A stretch of DNA of 64,000 nt from the NCBI GenBank assembly GCA_040388645.1, contig JAZKBM010000007.1, positions 160,942 to 224,941 of the forward strand, written 5' to 3'. Origin of the DNA: Pseudomonadota bacterium (GTDB lineage Bacteria > Pseudomonadota > Gammaproteobacteria > Burkholderiales > Sulfuriferulaceae). The first letter of the stretch is position 1; every line of letters starts with the position of its first letter. The notes beneath the pieces were generated by a model. It was not told where the DNA came from. It searched no databases and was given only the letters and a program-made list of their open reading frames with translations. The translations under genes were made by a program, and so were the position numbers. Positions 19,753 through 29,544 of this stretch are shown here, piece by piece.

Positions 19753-22343
19753 GCGTTTATCTCCTGTTTTAACAGGGTAAGCACACTGCCCTTGGAGATC
19801 GAATGCAGGCCCATGCGCTGGCAAGATATCTGATAGTGTTGTTGCTCGATTTGAATAGAGGGGGCCGCGCTGCTATCAACCTCATGTGTTGTTTTGTTAA
19901 GGATGGGTATCAAGTCGCGTGCGTTGCAGCCCAGAACGCCTCCGTGGGATGCGAACAGGGATTCAGCAGCTGTATTGAGATAAACGATCACATAATCGTT
20001 GTCCAGGCCCAATACGGGTAACGGAATGTGCTCAAGCATTTCGGCCATGATGTCGCGCTGAGTTTGATCACGCAGATTTTCTTGCTGTTGTTGATCTCGA
20101 GTTTTTTCCAGCTTCAGGTGAGCGCTCGCCAATGCCTGACTCAGGGCTTTGGTCTTGATATTCAGGCGCAGATTTTCCTGCTTGAATTCTTCGTGAAATT
20201 CATGGGCATAGCGCCGATTCATCTCAGATAAAACTTTGTGCCGAAAAGCGTCATCAATATGGCAACGCAATTGCGGGTTATCCCAGGGTTTAACAATTAT
20301 TTTATGGATCAAACCTTGAGTGTCTTCATTGATGATTGACTGATTTTCATCAATGTCGGACAGGATGACTCGTATGACTTCAGGGTACATTTTCATGACC
20401 CTGTTGAATAATTCCATTCCGCTCATGCCGGGCATGATCCATTCGGATACCATGACATCGACTTCGCGTTGGGCGAGTACCGTCAAGGCTTCTTCCGCGC
20501 TGCAAGCAGTAATGATCCTATAATTGCTATGGCACAGCAGTTGTTGCTGCGCAGCCAGAATTACACAATCCGCATTTACCAGGAGCAGTGTGCGCGTCGT
20601 TTTTTTCTGAATTAAAATATTCTCTGGAAGTTGTCTTTTTTCATTCAGTAAAGCCGTTATTTTTGTAAATGGAAGCGGATGGCTAAAATAGTAACCCTGC
20701 ATTTCGTCACATTGATGACGGCGTAAAAATTGACACTGGGCTTCAGTCTCGACACCTTCGGCGACGACGCGTATGCCAAGGCTATGGGCCATGGAAATAA
20801 TGGCTTTTGAAATCGCAGCATCATCCGAATCGGTAATGATGTCCCGGACGAAAGAGCGGTCTATTTTGACCCGGTCGAACGGGAAACGCTTCAAATAACT
20901 GAGCGAAGAATAACCTGTCCCGAAGTCGTCGAGCGCAAGATCTACACCCAGTGCCTTGAGCTGACGCAGTGTGGCTTCACTCGAAACGGTGTCTTGCATC
21001 AACACTGTTTCGGTGATTTCCAGAGACAACATGCCAGGGTCAATGTGATATTCGGAGAGCACTTTCTCAATACGGTCAGCCAGTTTCGGGTCACGGAATT
21101 GCCTGGGCGAAACGTTTACCGCAACCTGAAATCCGGTCAGGCCATTGTCAGTCCACGAGCACATATCCTCACAGGCTTTGCGCAATACCCATTCGCTAAT
21201 ACTGGCGATCAGGGTTGATTCTTCGGCAATGGGAATAAACCGCACGGGCGATACCATGCCGAACTGGGGGTGTTGCCAGCGTACCAGTGTTTCCAAACCG
21301 GTTATTTGACCAGTGCTCAGGTTTACCAATGGCTGGTAATGGAGGAGTAGTTCATCGTTGGATATGGCTGATCGTAAAGCTTCATCCAGGGTGATGCGTT
21401 CCAGCATGCGCTCGTTCATTTCCCTGGAAAAGAACTGAAAATGGTTACGGCCGCGATCTTTCGCCTGATACAAAGCCATGTCGGCATACTTGAAAAGGGT
21501 TTCTGCATCCCGGCCATCCTGAGGATAGAGCGCAATACCGATGCTGCAAGTAACGTGAAAGCTATGACCCTGTATGGAAAATGGATTGGCAATGGTCTGT
21601 AATATTTTTTCGCATATTGATGCGACATGATGCATTTGATCTATTTTTTGTAGCACCAGTACGAATTCATCGCCACCGTGACGGGATACCGTATCACCCT
21701 CCCTTACGCAGGAACGTAGTCGTTCAGCCACGTCAAGCAACATTCGATCGCCTTCGGCATGTCCAAGACTGTCATTAATCAGCTTGAAATGATCCAGATC
21801 GAGAAATAGCAGCGCCACGCTATCTTCGCTACGGTCGGTTTGCGCAATAGCCTGTTGCAGACGATCTTTGAGTAGATTGCGGTTGGGTAAACCGGTCAGT
21901 GCGTCATGCGTGGATTGATAGGCAAGTCGTTCCTCGTCGCGCTTATGCTCGGAAATGTCGGTTTGTATGCCGATGAAATACGTAATTCCGTCTGTGTCAT
22001 CAAATACCGGGGAGATGTGTAATTTACTCCACACTTCAATCCCATCCTGACATTGGCTACTCAGTACGAGTTGTGTCTCAGTGTTGCGGTTCAGTGCATC
22101 GCTAAGCGAGGTGACTTTCTCGGCATCAAGAAGCTTGCTCAATAAATGAACAAAATTGAGCCCCCTGATTTCTTCAATCGCGTGACCGATGATGCGACAA
22201 AATGCCTCATTGGCAAAAATGATCGAGGTGGCCCCACTGGTTGCGTCCAGGATGACAATGCCATTTCCTGAACACGCAAGTGCGCGGCAGCTGATCTGCA
22301 GCAGACTATCGAGCTGACGATGATTGGCAGGATTGAGCTTCAT
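19749..22343 (-). CDS. PAS-GGDEF-EAL protein with a C-terminal pseudo-receiver, coiled coil and PAS-like domain
   Basis: 864 aa. It has an N-terminal PAS, GGDEF (SRHGGDEFVLV, with I-site REGD) and EAL (ETLVRW, DDFGTGYSSL, EGVET). A REC-like fold follows (LLLVNAD...VDVMVSEWIMPGMSG...RVILSD...KPWD), then a Gln-rich helix and a terminal PAS-like segment. Confidence 0.9.
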   Translation of the reverse strand: MKLNPANHRQLDSLLQISCRALACSGNGIVILDATSGATSIIFANEAFCRIIGHAIEEIRGLNFVHLLSKLLDAEKVTSLSDALNRNTETQLVLSSQCQDGIEVWSKLHISPVFDDTDGITYFIGIQTDISEHKRDEERLAYQSTHDALTGLPNRNLLKDRLQQAIAQTDRSEDSVALLFLDLDHFKLINDSLGHAEGDRMLLDVAERLRSCVREGDTVSRHGGDEFVLVLQKIDQMHHVASICEKILQTIANPFSIQGHSFHVTCSIGIALYPQDGRDAETLFKYADMALYQAKDRGRNHFQFFSREMNERMLERITLDEALRSAISNDELLLHYQPLVNLSTGQITGLETLVRWQHPQFGMVSPVRFIPIAEESTLIASISEWVLRKACEDMCSWTDNGLTGFQVAVNVSPRQFRDPKLADRIEKVLSEYHIDPGMLSLEITETVLMQDTVSSEATLRQLKALGVDLALDDFGTGYSSLSYLKRFPFDRVKIDRSFVRDIITDSDDAAISKAIISMAHSLGIRVVAEGVETEAQCQFLRRHQCDEMQGYYFSHPLPFTKITALLNEKRQLPENILIQKKTTRTLLLVNADCVILAAQQQLLCHSNYRIITACSAEEALTVLAQREVDVMVSEWIMPGMSGMELFNRVMKMYPEVIRVILSDIDENQSIINEDTQGLIHKIIVKPWDNPQLRCHIDDAFRHKVLSEMNRRYAHEFHEEFKQENLRLNIKTKALSQALASAHLKLEKTRDQQQQENLRDQTQRDIMAEMLEHIPLPVLGLDNDYVIVYLNTAAESLFASHGGVLGCNARDLIPILNKTTHEVDSSAAPSIQIEQQHYQISCQRMGLHSISKGSVLTLLKQEINA

Positions 22344-22711
22344 TGGCTCATGCCCGGATCATCGTGAAGCACATTTTCGGCAATGAAGCCTGTTTTGTCT
22401 TTCAATCTGTCAGACATATACGACCTGTTGTTTTTGTTGGTTCAGCTTCCCGTGTCCGGTGTTTATTCACACCAAGCCATTCCCTCAGCATTGACACAGG
22501 CTGACTCCCGTTCATCGGCATCTATTCGCAAACTCTTTAGTAATATTTACACCGATCAGTCTCCCGATTGCATGCTTTCAATGAAATACGGGGGAATTTA
22601 GGTCCTTATTCCGCCGATGGAGACAACCACATATAGCTAATAATCGTAGCTGTGTGATCCGTCGATGCGTCGTATTGAACGCGCAACGGTCCCATCAGAA
22701 GGAATTAGGCG

Positions 22712-23884
22712 ATGTCTGAAGACAGCGATCTCGAAAAAACCGAATCAGCCACACCACAGCGACTTGAAAAGGCGCGTGAGGACGGCAATGTCCCGCGCTC
22801 GCGTGAACTCGCCACCTTCACCATCCTGATGGCTGCAGGGAGCGGGATCTGGTTTTCGGGAGATAAATTGATTCGCCAGCTGGAAAATACATTGGTTTCC
22901 GGCCTGAGTTTTGAACGCACGATGGCTTTTGATGCATCTGCGCTTTTCATGCACATTGGTGCGAGTCTGCGCGATCTTTTAATAGCTTTTGCGCCGATAG
23001 CCTTGCTCTTGATCATTGTTGCCCTGATCACGCCGGCCCTGATTGGCGGCTGGTTGTTCAGTACCAAATCGTTGCAACCGAATTTTGGGCGCATGAATCC
23101 TGTCAAGGGATTGGGGAATCTGGTTTCTTCCAATGCGGCTGTGGAATTCGGCAAGGCGATAGCCAAAACCATACTGGTAGGTGTGGTGGCTGGGTTTGTC
23201 GTCTGGGGCCAAAAAGATGCGGTTCTGGCACTTAGCCTGGAATCGCTTCAGGATGGTAGCGCGCATCTTGCCAGTCTGCTGTGGATCAGTTTTATCACGG
23301 TGGCGAGTGCCTTGGGCGTGATTGTCATGATTGATGCGCCCTATCAGATATTCCATCACGCGCATAAATTGAAGATGACACGACAGGAAGTCCGTCAAGA
23401 AGCCAAAGAAACCGATGGCGATCCGCAAATAAAGGCAAAGATTCGCGCACAACAACGTGAAATGGCGCGTCGCCGCATGATGTCCGAAGTGCCCACAGCG
23501 GATGTTGTCGTGACCAACCCCACACACTACGCAGTGGCGCTTAAATATTCTGACGGTATGATGCGAGCCCCCAAAGTGGTGGCTAAAGGTGCTGATGAAG
23601 TGGCTGCGAAGATCCGGGAATTGGCTGGCGCAAATAATGTGCCGCTACTGGAAGCACCGCCGCTGGCGCGAGCGCTATATCGGCATGCTGAGCTGGGCGA
23701 TGAAATTCCGGAAGCACTCTATACGGCAGTAGCCGAAGTGCTGGCTTATGTATTCCAGTTACGAACTTACCAGAAGCAGGGCGGCGTGCGCCCGGATATT
23801 CCTGGCGACCTTGACGTACCACCGCAGCTTGATCCGTTAAATGAAGCGTCACAACCCGCAGATCATAATGGAGTCATGCAATGA
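22712..23884 (+). CDS. flhB: Flagellar type III export protein FlhB
   Basis: 390 aa. N-terminus reads EKTESATPQRLEKAREDGNVPRSRE. The NPTH autocleavage site (VVVTNPTHYAVAL) is present. Confidence 0.95.
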   Translation: MSEDSDLEKTESATPQRLEKAREDGNVPRSRELATFTILMAAGSGIWFSGDKLIRQLENTLVSGLSFERTMAFDASALFMHIGASLRDLLIAFAPIALLLIIVALITPALIGGWLFSTKSLQPNFGRMNPVKGLGNLVSSNAAVEFGKAIAKTILVGVVAGFVVWGQKDAVLALSLESLQDGSAHLASLLWISFITVASALGVIVMIDAPYQIFHHAHKLKMTRQEVRQEAKETDGDPQIKAKIRAQQREMARRRMMSEVPTADVVVTNPTHYAVALKYSDGMMRAPKVVAKGADEVAAKIRELAGANNVPLLEAPPLARALYRHAELGDEIPEALYTAVAEVLAYVFQLRTYQKQGGVRPDIPGDLDVPPQLDPLNEASQPADHNGVMQ

Positions 23885-25965
23885 ATGGCCTGAAGCTGCC
23901 CGCATGGTTGACTGCTGCAGGCGGTGCCACGATGGTTGCGCCGATGATTATCATCATCATGCTGGCCATGATGGTTTTGCCACTACCAGCCTTCGCACTT
24001 GATATCTTTTTCAGTTTCAATATTGCACTTGCCATTATCGTATTGCTTACCAGCCTGTATACGGTAAAACCGCTGGATTTCATCGTCTTCCCGACCGTTT
24101 TGCTGGTCAGTACCATGCTGCGCCTTTCGCTGAACGTGGCCTCAACACGTATCGTCCTCACCGAAGGACACACCGGACCGGCTGCTGCCGGTAAAGTGAT
24201 CGAGGCATTCGGACACTTCCTGATTGGCGGCAATTATGCTGTCGGTATCGTGGTGTTCATCATTTTGACCATCATCAACTTCATGGTTGTCACCAAGGGT
24301 GCCGGGCGTATCGCGGAAGTCGGCGCACGCTTTACCCTGGATGCCATGCCAGGCAAGCAGATGGCTATTGATGCCGATCTGAATGCCGGCCTGATCGGTG
24401 AACAGGATGCGCGCCAGCGCCGTACCGAAGTCGCCCAGGAAGCCGAGTTTTACGGTGCGATGGACGGTGCCAGCAAATATGTGCGCGGCGATGCAGTGGC
24501 CGGAATCATGGTGACGGTGATCAATATTATTGGTGGCCTTATTGTTGGCATGGTGCAGCATGATCTGACCTTTGCCGTGGCCATCAAGAACTACACTTTG
24601 CTGGCCATTGGTGACGGTCTGGTTGCCCAGATTCCTTCGCTGCTGATCTCGACGGCGGCAGGTATCGTGGTATCCCGTGTCGCCAGCGATCAGGATATTG
24701 GCGGCCAATTGCTGGGTCAGCTTTTTGCCAAGCCACAGGTACTGTTCATCTCTGCCGGAATCATTGGAGGCATGGGCCTTATTCCTGGTATGCCGCATGT
24801 GGCGTTTATTTTGCTGGCCGCAGCCCTTGGGGCAGGTGGTTACATTCTGACGCAACGCGCACTCAAACCAAAAGTCGAACCCGAAACCGCCATTGTGCCG
24901 GCAACTTCACCTGAGATGGAAGAAGCAACCTGGCAGGACATCATGCCGGTTGATACCTTGAGCCTGGAAGTTGGTTATCGTCTTATTCCCCTGGTGGATA
25001 AAGAGCAGAGCGGCGAATTGTTACGGCGTATCAAGGGTATCCGCAAGAAATTCGCCCAGGAGGTCGGTTTTTTGTCTCCGCCGGTGCATATTCGGGACAA
25101 CCTGGAACTGAGGCCATCGGAATATCGTATCAGTCTGAAAGGGGTCGAAATAGGAAGCGGGGAAGCACATTCCGGTCAGTATCTGGCCATTAATCCTGGC
25201 ATGGTGACCGGTACACTTCCAGGGCCGGCATCCAGCGACCCGGCTTTTGGCCTGCCTGCTACCTGGATAGATGCCAGCCTGCGTGAGCAAGCGCAGACCA
25301 TGGGATATACCGTGGTGGATGCGGGCACGGTAGTGGCGACTCATCTCAACCATTTGATCACATTGCATGCTGCTGAACTGCTGGGGCGCCTGGAGGTGCA
25401 ACAGTTACTTGATCACCTGGGTACGGAATCACCCAAGCTGGTGGAGGATCTGGTGCCCAAACTGATACCGCTTTCTTCATTGCAAAAAGTATTGCAAAAC
25501 CTGCTGATTGAGGGGGTGCACATCCGTGATATGCGCACCATCATTGAAACCTTGGCCGAACATGCGGCGCGTATCCAGGATCCGAATGAACTGACCGCGC
25601 TGGTGCGCATTGCACTTGGCCGCGCGATAGTCCAGCAGTTGTTCCCTTCGGCCAACGAGCTGTCAGTGATGGCGCTGGATAGTAGTCTGGAGCGCTTGCT
25701 GATGCAGGCTTTACAAGCCAGTGGGCCGGAAGGGGCTGGGATTGAGCCGGGCCTTGCCGATCTGCTGGCTTCTCAAACCGAACTGGCTACCCGGCAGCAG
25801 GAGCAACAGGGCATCACGCCTGTGCTGCTGGTGCCGGGACCATTACGTGCGCTACTCGCCCGCTTTCTGCGTCGTGCACTTCCGCAACTCAAAGTGTTGT
25901 CGCACGCCGAACTTCCCGATTCAAAAACCATTAGGGTTACCAGCCTAGTTGGAGGTCAAGCATGA
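23881..25965 (+). CDS. flhA: Flagellar type III export protein FlhA
   Basis: 694 aa, collinear with FlhA over its full length (FHFLIGGNYAVGIVVFIILTIINF, MPGKQMAIDADL). ATGA overlap with flhB. Confidence 0.95.
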   Translation: MNGLKLPAWLTAAGGATMVAPMIIIIMLAMMVLPLPAFALDIFFSFNIALAIIVLLTSLYTVKPLDFIVFPTVLLVSTMLRLSLNVASTRIVLTEGHTGPAAAGKVIEAFGHFLIGGNYAVGIVVFIILTIINFMVVTKGAGRIAEVGARFTLDAMPGKQMAIDADLNAGLIGEQDARQRRTEVAQEAEFYGAMDGASKYVRGDAVAGIMVTVINIIGGLIVGMVQHDLTFAVAIKNYTLLAIGDGLVAQIPSLLISTAAGIVVSRVASDQDIGGQLLGQLFAKPQVLFISAGIIGGMGLIPGMPHVAFILLAAALGAGGYILTQRALKPKVEPETAIVPATSPEMEEATWQDIMPVDTLSLEVGYRLIPLVDKEQSGELLRRIKGIRKKFAQEVGFLSPPVHIRDNLELRPSEYRISLKGVEIGSGEAHSGQYLAINPGMVTGTLPGPASSDPAFGLPATWIDASLREQAQTMGYTVVDAGTVVATHLNHLITLHAAELLGRLEVQQLLDHLGTESPKLVEDLVPKLIPLSSLQKVLQNLLIEGVHIRDMRTIIETLAEHAARIQDPNELTALVRIALGRAIVQQLFPSANELSVMALDSSLERLLMQALQASGPEGAGIEPGLADLLASQTELATRQQEQQGITPVLLVPGPLRALLARFLRRALPQLKVLSHAELPDSKTIRVTSLVGGQA

Positions 25966-27248
25966 ACGTTAAAAAATTTACTGCCAGCAATTCCCGTGAT
26001 GCTTTACGCAAAGTACGTGATGAACTGGGTCCGGATGCAGTCATTCTGTCTAATCGCAGTGTCGATGGCGGGGTGGAAATCATGGCGCTAGCCAATGAAG
26101 ACATCGCTGCGCTGGTCGCCCCGTCGGTGGAGAAAGAGACGCTGCTGAAACCTCAACTCACGCCATTGCCAAATAAACGTCGTACCGATAACAATCAGAC
26201 TGCCAATCAAGCCGCCAATCTGGCCGGCGCACTTGAAACGGCGCGCACTACGCTCTCCGCAAAAAAAGCTGCAGCGAGCGAACTGACTGAAGTCATGAGT
26301 GAAATCCGCTCCATGCGTGGCATGCTGGAGGCACAACTTGCTGAGCTATCCTGGGGAGCCGCTCAGAACCGGCAGCCACATCGGGCAGATATTCTGCGTG
26401 AGTTGCTGGCAGCAGGGTTCAGTGCCAGCCTGGCGCGACATCTGGCGGAAAATTTGCCTGCCGTGACCAGTGCAGAAGAGGGAATGACCTGGATCAAGTC
26501 TGTTCTGATGCGCAATCTTCAAGCCATCAATAATGAAAACGAGATACTGGAAAAGGGAGGTGTATTCGCCCTTGTCGGTCCCACTGGTGTAGGCAAAACC
26601 ACAACCACAGCCAAGCTGGCCGCACGCTGCGTGATGCGTCATGGCACCAGCAAACTGGCATTGATTACAACGGACGGTTATCGTATCGGAGGTCATGAGC
26701 AATTGCGCATCTATGGCAAGATACTGGGCGTAATGGTCCATTCAGTGAAGGACGAAGCCGACCTGCGTATTGCACTGGAAGAGTTGAAGAACAAACATAC
26801 GATCCTGATTGATACGGTAGGTATGAACCAGCGCGACCACATGGTCGCTGAGCAGGTGGCGATGCTATCTGGCGCCAGTACCAAGGTAAAGCGTCTACTA
26901 TGCCTGAATGCGACTTCCACTGGCGAGACACTTAACGAAGTGGTGCGGGCTTATCAAGGCTCCGGCCTGGCAGGCTGCATCCTTACCAAGCTTGATGAAG
27001 CGGCCACCATTGGCAATGTGCTGGATGTTGCCATTCGTCACAAGCTGAGTCTTTATTACACGGCAAATGGTCAGCGCGTCCCCGAAGACCTGCATGTCAT
27101 CAATCGCGAATATCTGATTGATCGCGCATTCAAGTTAAAACGCGAAAACTCACCGTTCCAGTTTCAGGATGATGAGCTGCCGCTGGTAATCGCCAATACT
27201 GTGCATGCGATGAAAGACAAATCACTGCGTGAGGTGAACCTTGGCTAA
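25962..27248 (+). CDS. flhF: Flagellar placement GTPase FlhF
   Basis: SRP-type GTPase motifs are present (GPTGVGKTTT, DTVGMNQRD, TKLDE). ATGA overlap with flhA. Confidence 0.9.
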   Translation: MNVKKFTASNSRDALRKVRDELGPDAVILSNRSVDGGVEIMALANEDIAALVAPSVEKETLLKPQLTPLPNKRRTDNNQTANQAANLAGALETARTTLSAKKAAASELTEVMSEIRSMRGMLEAQLAELSWGAAQNRQPHRADILRELLAAGFSASLARHLAENLPAVTSAEEGMTWIKSVLMRNLQAINNENEILEKGGVFALVGPTGVGKTTTTAKLAARCVMRHGTSKLALITTDGYRIGGHEQLRIYGKILGVMVHSVKDEADLRIALEELKNKHTILIDTVGMNQRDHMVAEQVAMLSGASTKVKRLLCLNATSTGETLNEVVRAYQGSGLAGCILTKLDEAATIGNVLDVAIRHKLSLYYTANGQRVPEDLHVINREYLIDRAFKLKRENSPFQFQDDELPLVIANTVHAMKDKSLREVNLG

Positions 27249-28032
27249 TTTCGACTTCGATCAGGCAGAGGGACTGCGGCGCATGCTGGCAGGGCCCAGG
27301 CCGCGCATTGTGACATTTTTGTCGGTACTCAAGGACGAAGAAAAAAATGCAATGCTGGCGAATCTTGGTGCCTCACTGGTGCAAGGTGGAAGTGATGTGT
27401 TACTGGTGGATGCACGCTCAGCATCAAAGGGTATCGCGTCACGATTCGGCGCCACGAGGCGCGCGACTTTGCTCGAGGTAGCGCGTCAGGAGAAAGCGCT
27501 GGATGAAGTGGTTCAACCCGTTTATCAAGGTTTGGGTCTGGTCTCGCTGGCGCGAGTAAGACAAGACCTTGGCAGTCTGAGTGAAGCGGAGTCACACCGC
27601 CTTGGCACCAGCTTCGACCTGCTTGCCAGGCAGGCCAGTGTCGTCATGGTGGATGGAGAACTGGATGCGAACGATGCCTTTCCGGTTTCAGCCATGTCTG
27701 ATGGTCAAATCGTTGTACAGATGTCTCCTGGAGCAGCGTCGCTCAAATCGGCTTATAGTTTGATCAAACGCTTGAATGCTTGTCTGGGCCGACGCTCGTT
27801 CGGGGTTCTGGTCACGGGCGCTTCAGAAGATGAGGCACGGCTGGTTTACGAAAATATGGCGCGTACAGCAAGCCGATATTTAGCCATACAGCTGAATTCC
27901 ATGGGTTCAGTACCTGCGGATGAACACCTCGGTCGCGCAGCGAATTTAGGGCGTTCGGTGATTGATGCATTTCCTCTGGCTGGGGCTTCCGTTGCATTCC
28001 GGCGTCTTGCCGGACAACTCAGCCTGTCCTGA
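27241..28032 (+). CDS. FlhG/FleN-like MinD/ParA-fold protein lacking the Walker A P-loop
   Basis: It sits in the flhF-flhG-fliA slot and has a MinD/ParA-like fold (VLLVDARS). Where the deviant Walker A KGGxGK[ST] is expected, it reads SVLKDEEKN (27319-27348). The start is TTG 27241, with ATG 27283 as an alternative. Confidence 0.65.
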   Translation: MANFDFDQAEGLRRMLAGPRPRIVTFLSVLKDEEKNAMLANLGASLVQGGSDVLLVDARSASKGIASRFGATRRATLLEVARQEKALDEVVQPVYQGLGLVSLARVRQDLGSLSEAESHRLGTSFDLLARQASVVMVDGELDANDAFPVSAMSDGQIVVQMSPGAASLKSAYSLIKRLNACLGRRSFGVLVTGASEDEARLVYENMARTASRYLAIQLNSMGSVPADEHLGRAANLGRSVIDAFPLAGASVAFRRLAGQLSLS

Positions 28033-28035
28033 AAT

Positions 28036-28767
28036 ATGTATACCTCTAACGGAAAATCCGACAAAAATTATCTGCTTACCCAACACGCTTCGCTGGTTAA
28101 GCGGCTCGCGTATCAGCTCAAAGCGAGATTGCCTCCGAGTGTTGAGGTGGACGATCTCGTACAGGCAGGAATGATTGGTCTGCTCGATGCCATCAATCGG
28201 TATGAAGAGAATCACGGTGCGCAGTTCGAGACCTATGCGATCCAGCGTATCCGCGGATCGATGCTGGACGAACTCCGCAGCACAGACTGGCTGCCACGTA
28301 GTATCCGTCAAAACATGCGCAAGATTGAAGTAGCAATGAATACCCTTCAGCAACGTTTGGGCCATGAACCTACCGAGGCTGAAATTGCCAAGGAACTCAA
28401 ACTTTCTCTGGCAGATTATCAGGGGTTACTGAGCAATGGTGCCGGACACCAACTGGTGTATTACGAAGATTTTCATAGCGCCGATGGCAACGACCATTTT
28501 CTTGACCAGCACGCCAAGGGTGAATCGAACGATCCATTAAAGGAACTGCTGGAAAGCGGGTTTCGCGGTGCTGTTGCAGAGGCAGTTGAGAGTTTACCGG
28601 AACGTGAAAAAATTCTGATGGGCCTTTACTATGAAGAAGAGATGAATCTCAAAGAGATTGGCGCGGTCATGGGTGTTTCGGAATCGCGCGTATGCCAATT
28701 GCATAGTCAGGCCGTGGCCCGGCTCCGATCAACACTAAAGGGGCAGGCATGGACTGGGGCAGTATAG
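28036..28767 (+). CDS. fliA: Flagellar sigma factor sigma-28
   Basis: 243 aa with sigma-70 regions 2, 3 and 4 (DDLVQAGMIGLLDAINRY, ...LKEIGAVMGVSESRVCQLHSQA). It lies downstream of flhF and the flhG-like gene. Confidence 0.9.
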   Translation: MYTSNGKSDKNYLLTQHASLVKRLAYQLKARLPPSVEVDDLVQAGMIGLLDAINRYEENHGAQFETYAIQRIRGSMLDELRSTDWLPRSIRQNMRKIEVAMNTLQQRLGHEPTEAEIAKELKLSLADYQGLLSNGAGHQLVYYEDFHSADGNDHFLDQHAKGESNDPLKELLESGFRGAVAEAVESLPEREKILMGLYYEEEMNLKEIGAVMGVSESRVCQLHSQAVARLRSTLKGQAWTGAV

Positions 28768-29489
28768 CGGGTGTTGTACTCGCCCTGGCGGGCGTACTGG
28801 TTGCACACATGTTGGACGGTGGTCATATCGGATCGCTGATCCAGCCAGCGGCGTTTGTCATTGTGGTGATCGGCACAATTGGAGCCGTCCTGCTGCAAAA
28901 CAGGATTAAAGTATTTGTACGTGGCGTACGGATGATCGGTTGGGTATTTGTTCCCCCGCCTGACAATCGTCAGGAAATCATAGATGAAATCAGGGTCTGG
29001 AGTCATACCGCACGACGCGAAGGTTTGTTAGGGCTGGAAACCTTCATGCTGGCGACGGAGGATCCGTTCACAGCCAAAGGCTTGCGCCTGATAATCGATG
29101 GAACCGAGCCCATCAAACTCAGGGAGATTCTTGATCTTGAGATTAGCGCATATGAGTCGGAACAGCGCCACGCAGCAAAGATATGGGAGGCGGCTGGCGG
29201 CTATTCGCCGACCATCGGCATTCTGGGTGCGGTCCTGGGCTTGATACATGTAATGGAAAATCTTTCCGATCCAACCAAGCTGGGCAGCGGTATTGCCGTG
29301 GCATTTGTCGCGACTATCTACGGCGTTGGTTTGGCCAATCTGGTATTTTTGCCCATTGGTCACCGCCTCAAAACAACCGTCATGCATGAAGTCAGCACAC
29401 GTGAAATGCTTGCAGATGCATTTATAGGGATTGCCAACGGCGATAACCCGCGTGCCATTGACGAACGTATGACCACTTATCTTAGATAA
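28749..29489 (+). CDS. motC: Second flagellar stator, MotA/PomA-family channel subunit (MotC-type)
   Basis: 246 aa in the MotA/TolQ/ExbB family (GILGAVLGLIHVM, AVAFVATIYGVGLANLVFLPI). It overlaps the fliA 3' end and is followed by a MotB-like gene. Confidence 0.8.
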   Translation: MDWGSIAGVVLALAGVLVAHMLDGGHIGSLIQPAAFVIVVIGTIGAVLLQNRIKVFVRGVRMIGWVFVPPPDNRQEIIDEIRVWSHTARREGLLGLETFMLATEDPFTAKGLRLIIDGTEPIKLREILDLEISAYESEQRHAAKIWEAAGGYSPTIGILGAVLGLIHVMENLSDPTKLGSGIAVAFVATIYGVGLANLVFLPIGHRLKTTVMHEVSTREMLADAFIGIANGDNPRAIDERMTTYLR

Positions 29490-29544
29490 ACAGAAGATTT
29501 TCCTTTACCGATTTTACTTAAGTATTGTCTGAATACTCCACGCC

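Noticed and set aside
22594-22620. Sigma-28-like element (GAAT-N15-GCCGATGG) upstream of flhB
   Set aside because: The -35 part matches only 2 of 4 positions and the -10 part 6 of 8. flhBA are normally class II (FlhDC-dependent) genes.
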